In this document: positions 27,919 to 37,102 of the stretch, piece by piece
Layout: every line of letters begins with the position of its first letter
How positions within the stretch are numbered: position 1 is the stretch's first letter
NCBI GenBank assembly: GCA_964434535.1
Contig: CAYSWA010000003.1
Span: 102,570-166,569 of the forward strand
From: an uncultured candidatus Brocadiaceae bacterium
GTDB taxonomy: Bacteria; Planctomycetota; Brocadiia; SM23-32
DNA length: 64,000 nt
Direction: 5' to 3'
Notes under the pieces: generated by a model
What the model saw: only the letters and a program-made list of their open reading frames with translations
What the model was told of the DNA's origin: nothing
Database searches by the model: none
Program-made: the position numbers and the translations under genes

Positions 27919-29157
27919 TCAGGCGCCTTTGCGTTTGCGCGCCTCGACGAGCGGGCGCTCGCCGCGCACCACCTCGGGGGTGACCACGAAGGTCTGCTCC
28001 TTCTGCGCGGAGGGCAGGTTGAAGAGCGGCTCCAGCATGACCTTCTCCAGCACGGAGCGCAGGCCCCGCGCGCCGGTGTCCTTCGTGCCCGCCACGCGCG
28101 CCACCTCGCGGAGGGCCTCCTCGGTGAACTCCAGCCGGCAGTGCTCGAACTCGAAGTACTTCTCGTACTGCCGGATCAGCGCGTTCTTCGGCTCGATCAG
28201 GATGCGCACCAGCTCGTCCTCGCTCAGCGGCATCAGCGGGGCCACCACCGGCAGGCGGCCGACCAGCTCGGGGATCATGCCGAACTTGACCAGGTCGTCG
28301 TCGGTGACCTGGTCCAGCAGGACGCCGAGGGACTCCTCATCGTCGGCCCCCTTGCGCCCGAAGCCGATGCTCTGCTGGCTCATCCGCCTGGCGACCAGCT
28401 CCTGGATGCCGTTGAAGGAGCCGCCGCAGATGAACAGGACGCGGCTGGTGTCGATCTGGATGTACTTCTCCTCGGGGTGTTTGCGCCCACCGTGCGGGGG
28501 CACGTTGGCCACGGTGCCCTCGATGATCTTCAGCAGGGCCTGCTGGACGCCCTCGCCGCCGACGTCGCGGGTGATGCTGACGTTGTGGTAGGTCTTGCCG
28601 ATCTTGTCGATCTCGTCGACGTAGATGATGCCCTGCTCGGCGCGCTGCACGTCGAAGTCGGCGGCCTGGATCAGCTTCAGCAACACGTTCTCGACGTCTT
28701 CGCCGACGTAGCCGGCCTCGGTCAGCGTGGTGGCGTCGGCGATGGCGAACGGCACGTCCAGGCAGCGGGCCAGCACGCGGGCGATCAGCGTCTTGCCGCA
28801 GCCGCTGGGCCCGAGCAGCAGCACGTTGCTCTTCTCCAGCTCCACCTCGTCGGTCAGGGAGTGTATCAGGCGCTTGTAGTGGTTGTGCACGGCGACGGCG
28901 ACGGTCTTCTTGGCCCGCTCCTGGCCGATGACGTACTCGTCCAGGTGCAGCTTGATCTCGCGCGGGGCGGGCACGCGCAGCATGCGGCGCGGCTCGGGCG
29001 AGCGCGCGCCGTCCTGCTTGATGATCGAGTAGCAGAGCTCAACGCATTCGGAGCAGATGAAGGTATTGTGCCCGCCGTGGATCAGCCGCCGGACCGAGTC
29101 TTGACCCTTGCCACAGAACGAGCAGGCTTCCCTGTGCGTCTCGTCGTTGTAGCTCAT
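27919..29157 (-). CDS. clpX: ATP-dependent Clp protease ATPase ClpX
   Basis: CSFC...CSEC zinc finger, GPSGCGKT, DEIDKI, GGRKHP, IGF loop. Confidence 0.97.
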   Translation of the reverse strand: MSYNDETHREACSFCGKGQDSVRRLIHGGHNTFICSECVELCYSIIKQDGARSPEPRRMLRVPAPREIKLHLDEYVIGQERAKKTVAVAVHNHYKRLIHSLTDEVELEKSNVLLLGPSGCGKTLIARVLARCLDVPFAIADATTLTEAGYVGEDVENVLLKLIQAADFDVQRAEQGIIYVDEIDKIGKTYHNVSITRDVGGEGVQQALLKIIEGTVANVPPHGGRKHPEEKYIQIDTSRVLFICGGSFNGIQELVARRMSQQSIGFGRKGADDEESLGVLLDQVTDDDLVKFGMIPELVGRLPVVAPLMPLSEDELVRILIEPKNALIRQYEKYFEFEHCRLEFTEEALREVARVAGTKDTGARGLRSVLEKVMLEPLFNLPSAQKEQTFVVTPEVVRGERPLVEARKRKGA

Positions 29158-29203
29158 GTATGCCTCGCGTTCTCGTCGCTTCTGTGTGCGCTTGCCGCGC
29201 CTG

Positions 29204-29863
29204 TCACTGCTCGACCGGGGAGGTCAGGATCTCGTCCACCAGGCCGTAGTCCCTGGCGTCCTCGGCGGACATGTAGAACTCGCGGTCGGTGTCGGCCTCG
29301 ATGCGCGAGAGGTCCTGCCCGGTATGGCCGGCCAGGATCTCGTTGATCCAGCTCTTTAGCTTCACCATCTCTTCGGCGTGGATGCTGATGTCGGCCGCTG
29401 TGCCCTGCTCCAGCCCGCCCCAGGGCTCGTGCAGCATCACGCGCGAGTGCGCCAGGGCGAAGCGCTTGCCCTTCGTGCCGCCGGCCAGCAGCACGGCCGC
29501 CATGCTGAAGGCATGCCCCACCACGTAGGTGGCCACGTCGCACTGCACCAGTTGCATCGTGTCGTAGATGGCCAGCCCGCTGGTGATCAGCCCGCCTCCG
29601 GAGTGGATGTAGAGGCTGATGTCCTGCTTCTTGTTCTCGCTCTGGAGGAAGAGTATCTGCGCCACCACCAGGTTCGCCACCATGTCGTTGATGACGCTGC
29701 CGATGAAGATGATCCGGTCCTCCAGCAGGCGGCTGAATATGTCGTAGCCGCGTTCGCCGTAGGTGGTCTTCTTGACCACGGTCGGCACCACCGTGCTGGC
29801 GTAGAGCTGCGCGGCGGCGCCGGCGCCGGCGAGCCGGTTCCCGTCGTGGTCCGATGCGTCCAT
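29204..29863 (-). CDS. clpP: Clp protease proteolytic subunit
   Basis: YDIFSRLLEDRIIF, AFSMAA (catalytic Ser), VMLHEP, DTDRE. Confidence 0.96.
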   Translation of the reverse strand: MDASDHDGNRLAGAGAAAQLYASTVVPTVVKKTTYGERGYDIFSRLLEDRIIFIGSVINDMVANLVVAQILFLQSENKKQDISLYIHSGGGLITSGLAIYDTMQLVQCDVATYVVGHAFSMAAVLLAGGTKGKRFALAHSRVMLHEPWGGLEQGTAADISIHAEEMVKLKSWINEILAGHTGQDLSRIEADTDREFYMSAEDARDYGLVDEILTSPVEQ

Positions 29864-29886
29864 GCCCCTTCCCCTCCTTAGCCTTG

Positions 29887-31308
29887 CTACTGCGCTTCCT
29901 GCTCGGCGCCGTGGCGGCGCTGGAACTCCTCCGGGGCGATCTCCTCCACGGCGGCGTTCTCGATCAGGAAGTCCATCGTCTTGCTCTCGCGCATGTCCTC
30001 GCGCAGGGCCCTCACCATGCCGCGCTCTTCCATGTAGCTGCGGGCCCGCTCCTCGCGCCAGCCCTGCCTGGAGGCGAAGCCGCGTATCTGGCTGTCCACC
30101 TCCGACTCAGTGACCAGTATACGCTCTTTCTCGGCGATCTGCTGCATCAGGTACTGGCCGCGCAGCCCGCGGGCGACGGCCTCGCGCGTGCGGCCGGCCT
30201 GCTCGACGGCCACCCGCTCCGCCTCCTGGCGGGGCACGCCGAGGCGCAGCATCCGCACCAGGCGGCGCGTCTGCTCCCGTTCGGCGGCCCGCTCCACCAG
30301 CGCCGGCGGCAGCTCCACCGGCGCCCTCTCCAGCAGGCGGTCCAGCACCATCTCGCGCGCTATCTCGTCCTTGCGCTCCTGGAGGCCCCTCTCCAGGCGC
30401 TCGCGCACCATCTGCTGGATCTCGTCCACCGACGAGAGGCCGATCTTGCTGGCCAGCACATCGTCCACCTCGGGCACCTTGCGCCGGGCGGCCTGCTCGA
30501 TGGTCAGTTTCAGCTCCACCTTCCGGCCGGCCAGCCCGGCCAGCTCCTCGTGGCGCCCGGCCTCGCCCTCGGCCAGCTCGCCCTCGATCTCTATCTCGTC
30601 GCCGACCTCGGCGCCGACCAGCACCGCCTTGATGCCCTCGACGGCGAACGGCCCGATCCGCTCCGCCCGCGGGTAGAAGCCGATCGTCTCGGTCCAGTCC
30701 GCCTCGGGCACGCTGACCTCGGCCTCCACGTAGTCGTCCCAGTCGATGCCCGCGCCCTCGACCTGCTCCCAACTGGCGAACTGCTGGGCGAAGCGCTTCA
30801 GCTCCTGCTCCATCAGCTCGGGGGTCGGCTCCAGGGCGGGCACCTCGATGCGCAGGCCCTTGTAGTCGCCCTCGCTCAGCTCGATCTCGGGCAGCACCTC
30901 CAGGCGGAAGGTGAACTCCGCCGGCTGGCCCGGCTCCCAGGCCACCTCCTCCAGGTCCGGCGCCTCGGCCTCGGCCACCACGGTCAGCTCGTGCTCGTGG
31001 AGCGCCTCGTCGTAGGCCTCGCCCACCACGGAGGCGATCAGGTCGCCCCGCAGCGCCTGGCCCATGCGCCGCTCCACCAGGCCGAGGGGCGCCTTGCCGC
31101 GCCGGAAACCGGGCAGCTTCACCTCGGACTGAAGCTCGCCCAGCTCCTTCTGGTAGCGCTCCCGCAGATAGTCGGCGTCGGCCTCGATGCGCAGGACGCA
31201 CTCGCACGGCCCCGTGCGCTCGACCGTCGTGCGGAGGCCCTCCGCGGCCTCCTCGGCGGCCTCGTCCTCGGCCGCGGCGTCGGCACGGCTGTCCTGAGTG
31301 CGGGGCAT
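29887..31308 (-). CDS. tig: Trigger factor
   Basis: LPGFRRGKAP ribosome-binding motif; tig-clpP-clpX synteny. ATG at 31308. Confidence 0.93.
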   Translation of the reverse strand: MPRTQDSRADAAAEDEAAEEAAEGLRTTVERTGPCECVLRIEADADYLRERYQKELGELQSEVKLPGFRRGKAPLGLVERRMGQALRGDLIASVVGEAYDEALHEHELTVVAEAEAPDLEEVAWEPGQPAEFTFRLEVLPEIELSEGDYKGLRIEVPALEPTPELMEQELKRFAQQFASWEQVEGAGIDWDDYVEAEVSVPEADWTETIGFYPRAERIGPFAVEGIKAVLVGAEVGDEIEIEGELAEGEAGRHEELAGLAGRKVELKLTIEQAARRKVPEVDDVLASKIGLSSVDEIQQMVRERLERGLQERKDEIAREMVLDRLLERAPVELPPALVERAAEREQTRRLVRMLRLGVPRQEAERVAVEQAGRTREAVARGLRGQYLMQQIAEKERILVTESEVDSQIRGFASRQGWREERARSYMEERGMVRALREDMRESKTMDFLIENAAVEEIAPEEFQRRHGAEQEAQ

Positions 31309-31357
31309 GGAGATTACCTGAGCCGGTGAGGCCTTCGAGAGTGAACACCCCTGAGAC

Positions 31358-31383
31358 AAAAAACGAGGGACGACCCGTCCCTC
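31358..31383 (-). terminator. Intrinsic terminator-like hairpin within the tig leader
   Basis: Minus strand reads GAGGGACG-GGT-CGTCCCTC-G-TTTTTT. Confidence 0.6.
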
Positions 31384-31392
31384 TAAAGGGAC

Positions 31393-31422
31393 AGGCTACT
31401 CGATGGACGCCCGGCAAGTCAA
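31393..31422 (-). promoter_or_regulatory. Putative promoter of tig-clpP-clpX
   Basis: TTGACT-18 nt-TAGCCT. Confidence 0.45.
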
Positions 31423-31531
31423 GCGAGCCGACCGGGCAGCGACGGCCCTACAAGCCGTGCGCCGGGGGAAGGCCGGGCCCTACAAGACCTGCGCGCGGCG
31501 GCCCGGCCCCGAACGAGCCCCGAAACGCCCT

Positions 31532-31560
31532 TTGCAGCCGCGCCGACCTGCCTGTAGAAT
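31532..31560 (+). promoter_or_regulatory. sigma70-type promoter
   Basis: TTGCAG-17 nt-TAGAAT. Confidence 0.65.
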
Positions 31561-31604
31561 CCCCGCCGTCCCCGCCCTGACAGACACGTGAGGAGCTGGC
31601 AGCG

Positions 31605-32663
31605 ATGGCCGAAGATACGATCATGCACCTGGGCCTGGGCGGCCTTGCCCTGCTGAGCGAGGCCGAGACGCGCAGCATATGCGCCGAGAATCCGACCGGC
31701 CAGCGAGGCGCCGGCGCCACCGCCCGGAACCACCTCGGCGTCGGCTGGAAGGGGCGCCCCTGCATCACGCTGGGCAAGGACGAGACGGTCGAGCTGGCCC
31801 GGATCGAAGGCCCCGGCGTGGTGCGCCACGTCTGGTTCACCGTCACCGACACGGGCCCCCGCGGCCGCACGGTGCTGCGCGACCTGGTGCTGCGCTGCTA
31901 CTGGGACGGCGAGGAGGCCGCGTCGGTCGAGGTGCCGCTCGGCGACTTCTTCGCCAACGGACACGCCATGCGCTGCGACGTCAACTCCCTGCCCGTGGCC
32001 GTCAACCCCGACGGCGGCATGAACTGCTACTGGCCGATGCCCTTCGCCGAGTCGGCGCGCATCACCGTCGCCAACGAGCACGGGGAGGAGATCGGCGGCT
32101 TCTTCTACCAGATCACCTACTCGCTGGAGAGCGTGCCCGAGCGCGCCGCCCGCTTCCACGCGCAGTGGCGCCGCGAGAACCCCGTCACCTACCACCGGGA
32201 GTACACCATCCTGGACGCCGTCCAGGGGCGTGGCCACTACGTGGGCACCTACCTGGCCTGGACGCAGCTATCGAGCGGCTGGTGGGGCGAGGGCGAGATC
32301 AAGTTCTACATCGACGGCGACGGCGAGCACCCCACCATCTGCGGCACCGGCACCGAGGACTACGTGGGCGGGGCGTGGTGCTTCGGCGACCGCACCTACT
32401 CGACCGCCTTCCTCGGCTACCCCCTGCGCCACGCCGAGCCGGGCCAGATCATCCGCCACGGCCTCTACCGCTGGCACGTGCCCGACCCGATCCGGTTCCG
32501 GCAAGACCTGCGGGTCACCATCCAGGACCTCGGCTTCACCCCGCAGCCGACCGGATACGAGCCGCTGACCGACGACATCAGCTCGGCCGCCTACTGGTAT
32601 CAGCAGGAGCCGCACGCGCCCTTCCCCGCCCTGCCCCAGGCCCCCGGCCGCTGGCCCCGCTGA
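31605..32663 (+). CDS. DUF2961 / glycoside hydrolase family 172 protein
   Basis: SICAENPTG, GPGVVRHVWFT, VPLGDFF, NCYWPMPF, WWGEGE, GTGTEDY, DDISSAAYWYQ. Confidence 0.9.
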   Translation: MAEDTIMHLGLGGLALLSEAETRSICAENPTGQRGAGATARNHLGVGWKGRPCITLGKDETVELARIEGPGVVRHVWFTVTDTGPRGRTVLRDLVLRCYWDGEEAASVEVPLGDFFANGHAMRCDVNSLPVAVNPDGGMNCYWPMPFAESARITVANEHGEEIGGFFYQITYSLESVPERAARFHAQWRRENPVTYHREYTILDAVQGRGHYVGTYLAWTQLSSGWWGEGEIKFYIDGDGEHPTICGTGTEDYVGGAWCFGDRTYSTAFLGYPLRHAEPGQIIRHGLYRWHVPDPIRFRQDLRVTIQDLGFTPQPTGYEPLTDDISSAAYWYQQEPHAPFPALPQAPGRWPR

Positions 32664-32695
32664 GCCGGCCGCGCCGTCAGTAGCGCCGGCCGCCT

Positions 32696-32723
32696 TTGAC
32701 AGGGCGCCCGGCGCCCATAGAAT
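32696..32723 (+). promoter_or_regulatory. sigma70-type promoter
   Basis: TTGACA-16 nt-TAGAAT. Confidence 0.7.
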
Positions 32724-32767
32724 GCTGCCGACGCCCGCGAAGGCAACCCGAGATCCGGAGGCAAGCG

Positions 32768-33808
32768 ATGGCGGAGAAGCTGCGTGTCGGCGTGCTGGGA
32801 CTGGTTCACGATCACGTCTGGGGCGAGCTGGAGCGGCTCCGGGCACTGGAGGACGCCGAGCTGGTCGCGGCCGCCGAGCCCGACCAGGCACAGCTCGACA
32901 AGTTCCGCCAGCGCACCGGCGTCAAGGCCGCCTACGACGACTACGAGGAGATGCTGGACGCCGAGGACCTCGACGCCGTCTTCGCCTACGGCACCAACCG
33001 CAGCACGGGCGAGCTGGTCGAGATGGCCGCCGCGCGGGGGCTGCACGTGATGACCGAGAAGCCGATGGCCAGCGACCTGTCCATCGCCGACCGGATGCTG
33101 GTGGCCGCGCGGGAGGCGGGCGTGGTGCTGATGGTCAACTGGCCCACGTTCCGCTCGGCGGCGGTTCGCCACGCCGAGACGCTGGTGCGGGACGGGGCGA
33201 TCGGGCGCCTCTGGCAGCTCAAGTGGCGCGGCGGGCACTGCGGGCCGAAGGAGATCGGCTGCGACGAGGCGTTCTATCGCTGGCTCTACGACCCGGTCGA
33301 GAACGGCGCCGGGGCGATGTTCGACTACCTGGGCTACGGGGCGAGCCTGGCGCGCATCTTCCTGGGGCGGCCCCACCAGGTGATGGCCATCGCCGGGCGG
33401 CTGGTCAAGCAGTACATCTCCGTCGACGACAACGCGATCGTCGCGCTGGAGTATCCGGACGCGAACGCCGTGATCGAGGCCACCTGGACCGAGGCGGTGC
33501 CGGGCCGCCCGCCGCACGACCTGGTGCTCTACGGCACGGAGGGCGTGCTCGTGGCCGGGGGCAAGGGCGTGACGGCCTACACGAAGGAGGATCCGGACGG
33601 AACGGTCCACGAGCCGCCGGCCCTGGAGGCGCCGAGGCGGAGCGGCCCGGAGTACTTCCTGCACTGCATCCGCACGGGCGAGCCGGTCGAGGGCATGCAG
33701 AGCCCGGAGAACTCGCACGACGCGCAGCAGGTCATGGAGGCGGCGCGGCTCTCGGTCCTGACCGGCCAGCGCATCGCCCTGCCCCTGGTGGAGCACCTCT
33801 ACGCCTGA
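32768..33808 (+). CDS. Gfo/Idh/MocA oxidoreductase
   Basis: LRVGVLG, HVMTEKPMA, NGAGAMFDYLGY. GGAGG RBS before the ATG at 32768. Confidence 0.9.
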   Translation: MAEKLRVGVLGLVHDHVWGELERLRALEDAELVAAAEPDQAQLDKFRQRTGVKAAYDDYEEMLDAEDLDAVFAYGTNRSTGELVEMAAARGLHVMTEKPMASDLSIADRMLVAAREAGVVLMVNWPTFRSAAVRHAETLVRDGAIGRLWQLKWRGGHCGPKEIGCDEAFYRWLYDPVENGAGAMFDYLGYGASLARIFLGRPHQVMAIAGRLVKQYISVDDNAIVALEYPDANAVIEATWTEAVPGRPPHDLVLYGTEGVLVAGGKGVTAYTKEDPDGTVHEPPALEAPRRSGPEYFLHCIRTGEPVEGMQSPENSHDAQQVMEAARLSVLTGQRIALPLVEHLYA

Positions 33809-34026
33809 GGGCCCCTCGGTGCGGGCGACATAACGGTCCCGAGCGGGCCGCCTCTCTGGGGCTATCGTCTCGTCGTAGCTGGCCCAGCCGTTCTCCGCTT
33901 CCGTTCGTTGCGCTGCCCTGCCTGCAAAGGCGCCGGGGCGGGCGGCATAGCGCCCCCGCTGCGAGGTGGCGCCCCCGCCGCCTTTCGCGGCGGGCGGCCT
34001 TGCGCTATATTGGGGCCGGCGGCCGG

Positions 34027-34054
34027 GGAACAAATCGGCCGCCCGTCTGTCTAA
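34027..34054 (+). promoter_or_regulatory. ECF (sigmaE-like) promoter, likely autoregulatory
   Basis: GGAAC-17 nt-GTCTAA directly upstream of the ECF sigma gene. Confidence 0.65.
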
Positions 34055-34070
34055 TCGGGTACGGGAGACC

Positions 34071-34658
34071 ATGAGCGAGGCGGTCCCCAGGGACGCGCGC
34101 CTGGTCGAGAGGGCGCGCGACGGCGACGTCGAGGCGTTCGGCCTCCTGGTCGAGAGGAACCAGGACTACGTCTATAACGCCGTCTACCACATGACGGGCG
34201 GCGGGGCCGACGCCGAGGACATCGCCCAGGAGGTCTTCATGCGCGCCTACGACAACATCGCGCGCTTCGAGGGCCGCTCGGCCTTTCGCACCTGGCTCTA
34301 CGGCATCATGCTGAACACCGTGCGCAGCCACTGGCGACGACGCGACCGCCGGCGCACCGTCAGCCTGGAGGGCCCCGGGGACGAGGAGGGAAACCCCCGC
34401 CCCGACCCGGCCTGGGACGGCGACGGTCCGCCCCGGGCCGCCACGCGCGGCGAACAGGTCGAGGCGGTCCGGGCGGCGATCGCCGCGCTCGACGAGGACA
34501 GCCGCGAGATACTGGTCCTGCGCGACCTCCAGGGCCTGACCTACGAGGAGCTCGGCGAGGCGCTCGCCCTGCCGGCCGGCACGGTGAAGAGCCGGCTGCA
34601 CCGCGCCCGCCTCGCCCTGAAGGAGAAGCTGGCCCCGCTCTACGGAACGGAGGAGTGA
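34071..34658 (+). CDS. ECF RNA polymerase sigma factor (sigma70 group IV)
   Basis: DAEDIAQEVF, SAFRTWLYGI, GLTYEE, GTVKSRLHRAR. Confidence 0.95.
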   Translation: MSEAVPRDARLVERARDGDVEAFGLLVERNQDYVYNAVYHMTGGGADAEDIAQEVFMRAYDNIARFEGRSAFRTWLYGIMLNTVRSHWRRRDRRRTVSLEGPGDEEGNPRPDPAWDGDGPPRAATRGEQVEAVRAAIAALDEDSREILVLRDLQGLTYEELGEALALPAGTVKSRLHRARLALKEKLAPLYGTEE

Positions 34659-34686
34659 GCCCGCCGCAACGACGCGGGCGAACGCG

Positions 34687-35742
34687 ATGGGCGACGAAGG
34701 ACATTGCGTTGACCGGCTCTCGGAGTTCCTGGACGGCGAGTTGGCCATCGAGGAGCGCCGGGCCGTGGCGGAGCATCTGGAGCAGTGCGCCGCCTGCCGG
34801 GCCGAGCTGGAGGTGCTGCGGCGGGTGGTGGGGGCCCTTGGCGCACTTGCGGCCCGGCGGGCGCCGGCCGGCTTCGCCGGGCGCGTCAAGGACCGGCTCG
34901 CGGCCCGCTCCGCCCGGCCTGCCCTGACCGTGCTTTCGGCGTTCTGGACGCGCGCGCTGCTGATCGCGGCGATGCTGCTGATCGTGCTCGGTCTGGTCTT
35001 CACGGTGCAGAAGAACGGCCTGCTGGAGCGCCGGCCTCTGGCCGAGCCGATGGCGCTCGACCTCCGCCGCGTCCCCGAGAGGGCCGAGCAGGCGGTCGAG
35101 GCAGCGGTGGGGGATATGGACGAGCCGGCGGTCAAGCGGCGGGCGGTCGGGGAGCCGGCCCCGACGGCCGCCGAGCAGCGTGCCCCCGCGCACCTGAAGG
35201 CGATGGGCGCGGGTGCTCCCTCGCCCGAGCTGCCGGCCGCCCTCGCCTATCGGGTCCCGGGCAGGGACGCCTGGCAGGAAGAGGCCGAGGGCGAAGCCGG
35301 CGCCATCCTGTTCACGCAGGCCGCCGGGCCGCCCGCGCCGGACGCGCGGGAGCCGGTCCAGCAGGTGCTGACGCTCTGCGGCGAGGACCCCGTGGCGCTG
35401 GCCCGCCGGGCCGTGGCGGCGGCCAACGCCCAGGGGCTCGGCGCGGCGCTCTCGCTCGGCGCCGGCGAGCGCGAGACGGCGATGGAGCTCTACCTCTCCG
35501 TGCCCGTGGCGCAGTACGAGGCGCTGCTGCGGAGCCTGGCCCGGCTGGCGCCCGCCGATCGGAACATGCTGTCCAACACGGGGCACGCCCGGGGCGAGTT
35601 CTTCCGCCGGGCCGTGGCCCTCTACAGGGGACGCCAGGTCGCGATGGAGTTGGGCGAGGAGGCGGCCGAGGCCGCGCCTGCGGACCGACCGGCCCGCGTG
35701 AACCTGCTCATCCAGGTCCAGCGGGGTCCGGCCGGGGATTGA
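34687..35742 (+). CDS. zf-HC2 membrane anti-sigma factor
   Basis: LSEFLDGEL...HLEQCAAC (HxxxCxxC) followed by a TM helix; lies after the ECF sigma gene. Confidence 0.88.
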   Translation: MGDEGHCVDRLSEFLDGELAIEERRAVAEHLEQCAACRAELEVLRRVVGALGALAARRAPAGFAGRVKDRLAARSARPALTVLSAFWTRALLIAAMLLIVLGLVFTVQKNGLLERRPLAEPMALDLRRVPERAEQAVEAAVGDMDEPAVKRRAVGEPAPTAAEQRAPAHLKAMGAGAPSPELPAALAYRVPGRDAWQEEAEGEAGAILFTQAAGPPAPDAREPVQQVLTLCGEDPVALARRAVAAANAQGLGAALSLGAGERETAMELYLSVPVAQYEALLRSLARLAPADRNMLSNTGHARGEFFRRAVALYRGRQVAMELGEEAAEAAPADRPARVNLLIQVQRGPAGD

Positions 35743-35823
35743 AGATTGCAGATTGCACATTGAAGATTGGGCGGCAACGTCAACGGCCGAGGGCGACGAC
35801 GAGGGCGAGATCGAGGACGAGGG
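35738..35823. repeat. Modular intergenic repeat cluster (GATTG heptamers plus GACGAG hexamers)
   Basis: GATTGAAGATTGCAGATTGCACATTGAAGATTG, ACGTCAACGGCCGAG, GACGAGGGCGAGATCGAGGACGAG. Confidence 0.75.
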
Positions 35824-35874
35824 TCCGGCTACCCGGCGCTTCCCTACTTGCCGTGCTGGAGGCAGGCCCCGCGA

Positions 35875-36171
35875 CTAACCGCGCCGGCCCAGCAGCCAGC
35901 CGAGCGCGCAGCCGGGCGCCTCGCCTTCCTGGCCGGTGCCGAAGACCTCCCGCTGCCTGTCGCGCGCCAGCACGTCGGCCACCATGCCCTCTAAGTCGGG
36001 GTAGCGGGCCATGATGTCGGGGAAGTCGCGCGAGAGGGCGAGCAGCTCTTCGGAGCGCTTCAGCAGGCGGCCCGAGTCCCCTTTGCCGCTTTCGAGGTGA
36101 TCGGAGAGCTTCTCGCGCAGGTCCTTCAGGTGGAGCTCGACCTCCTGCGGCGTAAGCGGCGATTCGCCCAT
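35875..36171 (-). CDS. Hypothetical protein (about 98 aa, helical)
   Basis: GC3-biased frame, AAGGGG RBS; co-oriented at the end of the hpt-ROK-phosphoesterase run. Confidence 0.6.
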   Translation of the reverse strand: MGESPLTPQEVELHLKDLREKLSDHLESGKGDSGRLLKRSEELLALSRDFPDIMARYPDLEGMVADVLARDRQREVFGTGQEGEAPGCALGWLLGRRG

Positions 36172-36211
36172 CTGGCGATCCCCTTCCACTCGGGTCCCGT
36201 CGCGGGGCCGT

Positions 36212-37102
36212 TCAGGGCTCGTCGCGGCCGGCGCGGACGCGGTCCTTCTCGGCGGTCCCGGCCGGCTCGAAGGTGCACACGGCGTGCTTGCCGGTGGCCA
36301 GGTTCAACTCGACCATGCGCTTGAGCAGGTACTCGCTGCCGACCGAGAATGCCTCCAGGCCGTCCTTCTGGCAGTAGTCCGCCCCGTGGCGATGGCCGCA
36401 GAAGACGTAGCGGACCTTCTCCAGGCCGAGCAGCAGCTCCCCGAAGCGCTGCGAGCCCATGTAGGCGCGGCAGAACTCGTGCGCCGCGTTCGCCGGGCCG
36501 TAGAGCAGCTCGCGCAACGGCAGGTGGTGCAGCACGGCCACCACGGTCTCGACCTTCCTCTCGACGGCGCGGTAGGCGTCGGCGAGCTTGTGCAGGCAGC
36601 GCTCGGTGAACTCGTGGTCGGTGTAGTCCCAGTCGATGAAGCGCGCGTCGTTCCAGGTGCAGATGCCGGGCAGCTCCTTGCGCTCGTAGTGGGCCATGGA
36701 GACGTCGAGCTGGTCGCTGCGGAACGAATAGTCGTACCAGCCGATGCTGCCGATGAAGGCGACGGGGCCGAGCGTGGCCGGGCCGCGATCGAGCATGTGG
36801 AAGCCGTTCTGCTCGGCCAGCTCGGGCAGCACCTTGCGGTACTTGTGCTTGCTGCCGGCGCCGGTGCTCCAGAGGTCGTGGTTGCCGGGCACGACGAGCT
36901 TCAGGCCCCCGAAGTCCTCGAACAGGGCGAGGCAGGCGGCGAAGTACTCCACGTCGGCGTCGGCCACGTCCCCGGCGATGGCGAACGCCTCGGCGCCGGA
37001 GCCGCAGACCGCCCGGGCCAGCTCGTGCGTGCACCCGTCGCCCTGGGGATAGAGCCCGTAGTGCAGGTCGCCCGTGACCAGGATGCGCTGCGGTTCCGTC
37101 AT
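36212..37102 (-). CDS. Metallophosphoesterase (calcineurin-like)
   Basis: GDLH, AGD, PGNHD, LHHLP, CGHRH. Confidence 0.9.
   Translation of the reverse strand: MTEPQRILVTGDLHYGLYPQGDGCTHELARAVCGSGAEAFAIAGDVADADVEYFAACLALFEDFGGLKLVVPGNHDLWSTGAGSKHKYRKVLPELAEQNGFHMLDRGPATLGPVAFIGSIGWYDYSFRSDQLDVSMAHYERKELPGICTWNDARFIDWDYTDHEFTERCLHKLADAYRAVERKVETVVAVLHHLPLRELLYGPANAAHEFCRAYMGSQRFGELLLGLEKVRYVFCGHRHGADYCQKDGLEAFSVGSEYLLKRMVELNLATGKHAVCTFEPAGTAEKDRVRAGRDEP

Noticed and set aside
31309-31600. tRNA gene upstream of tig (a common location)
   Set aside because: No cloverleaf, T-loop GTTCGA or CCA end could be found.
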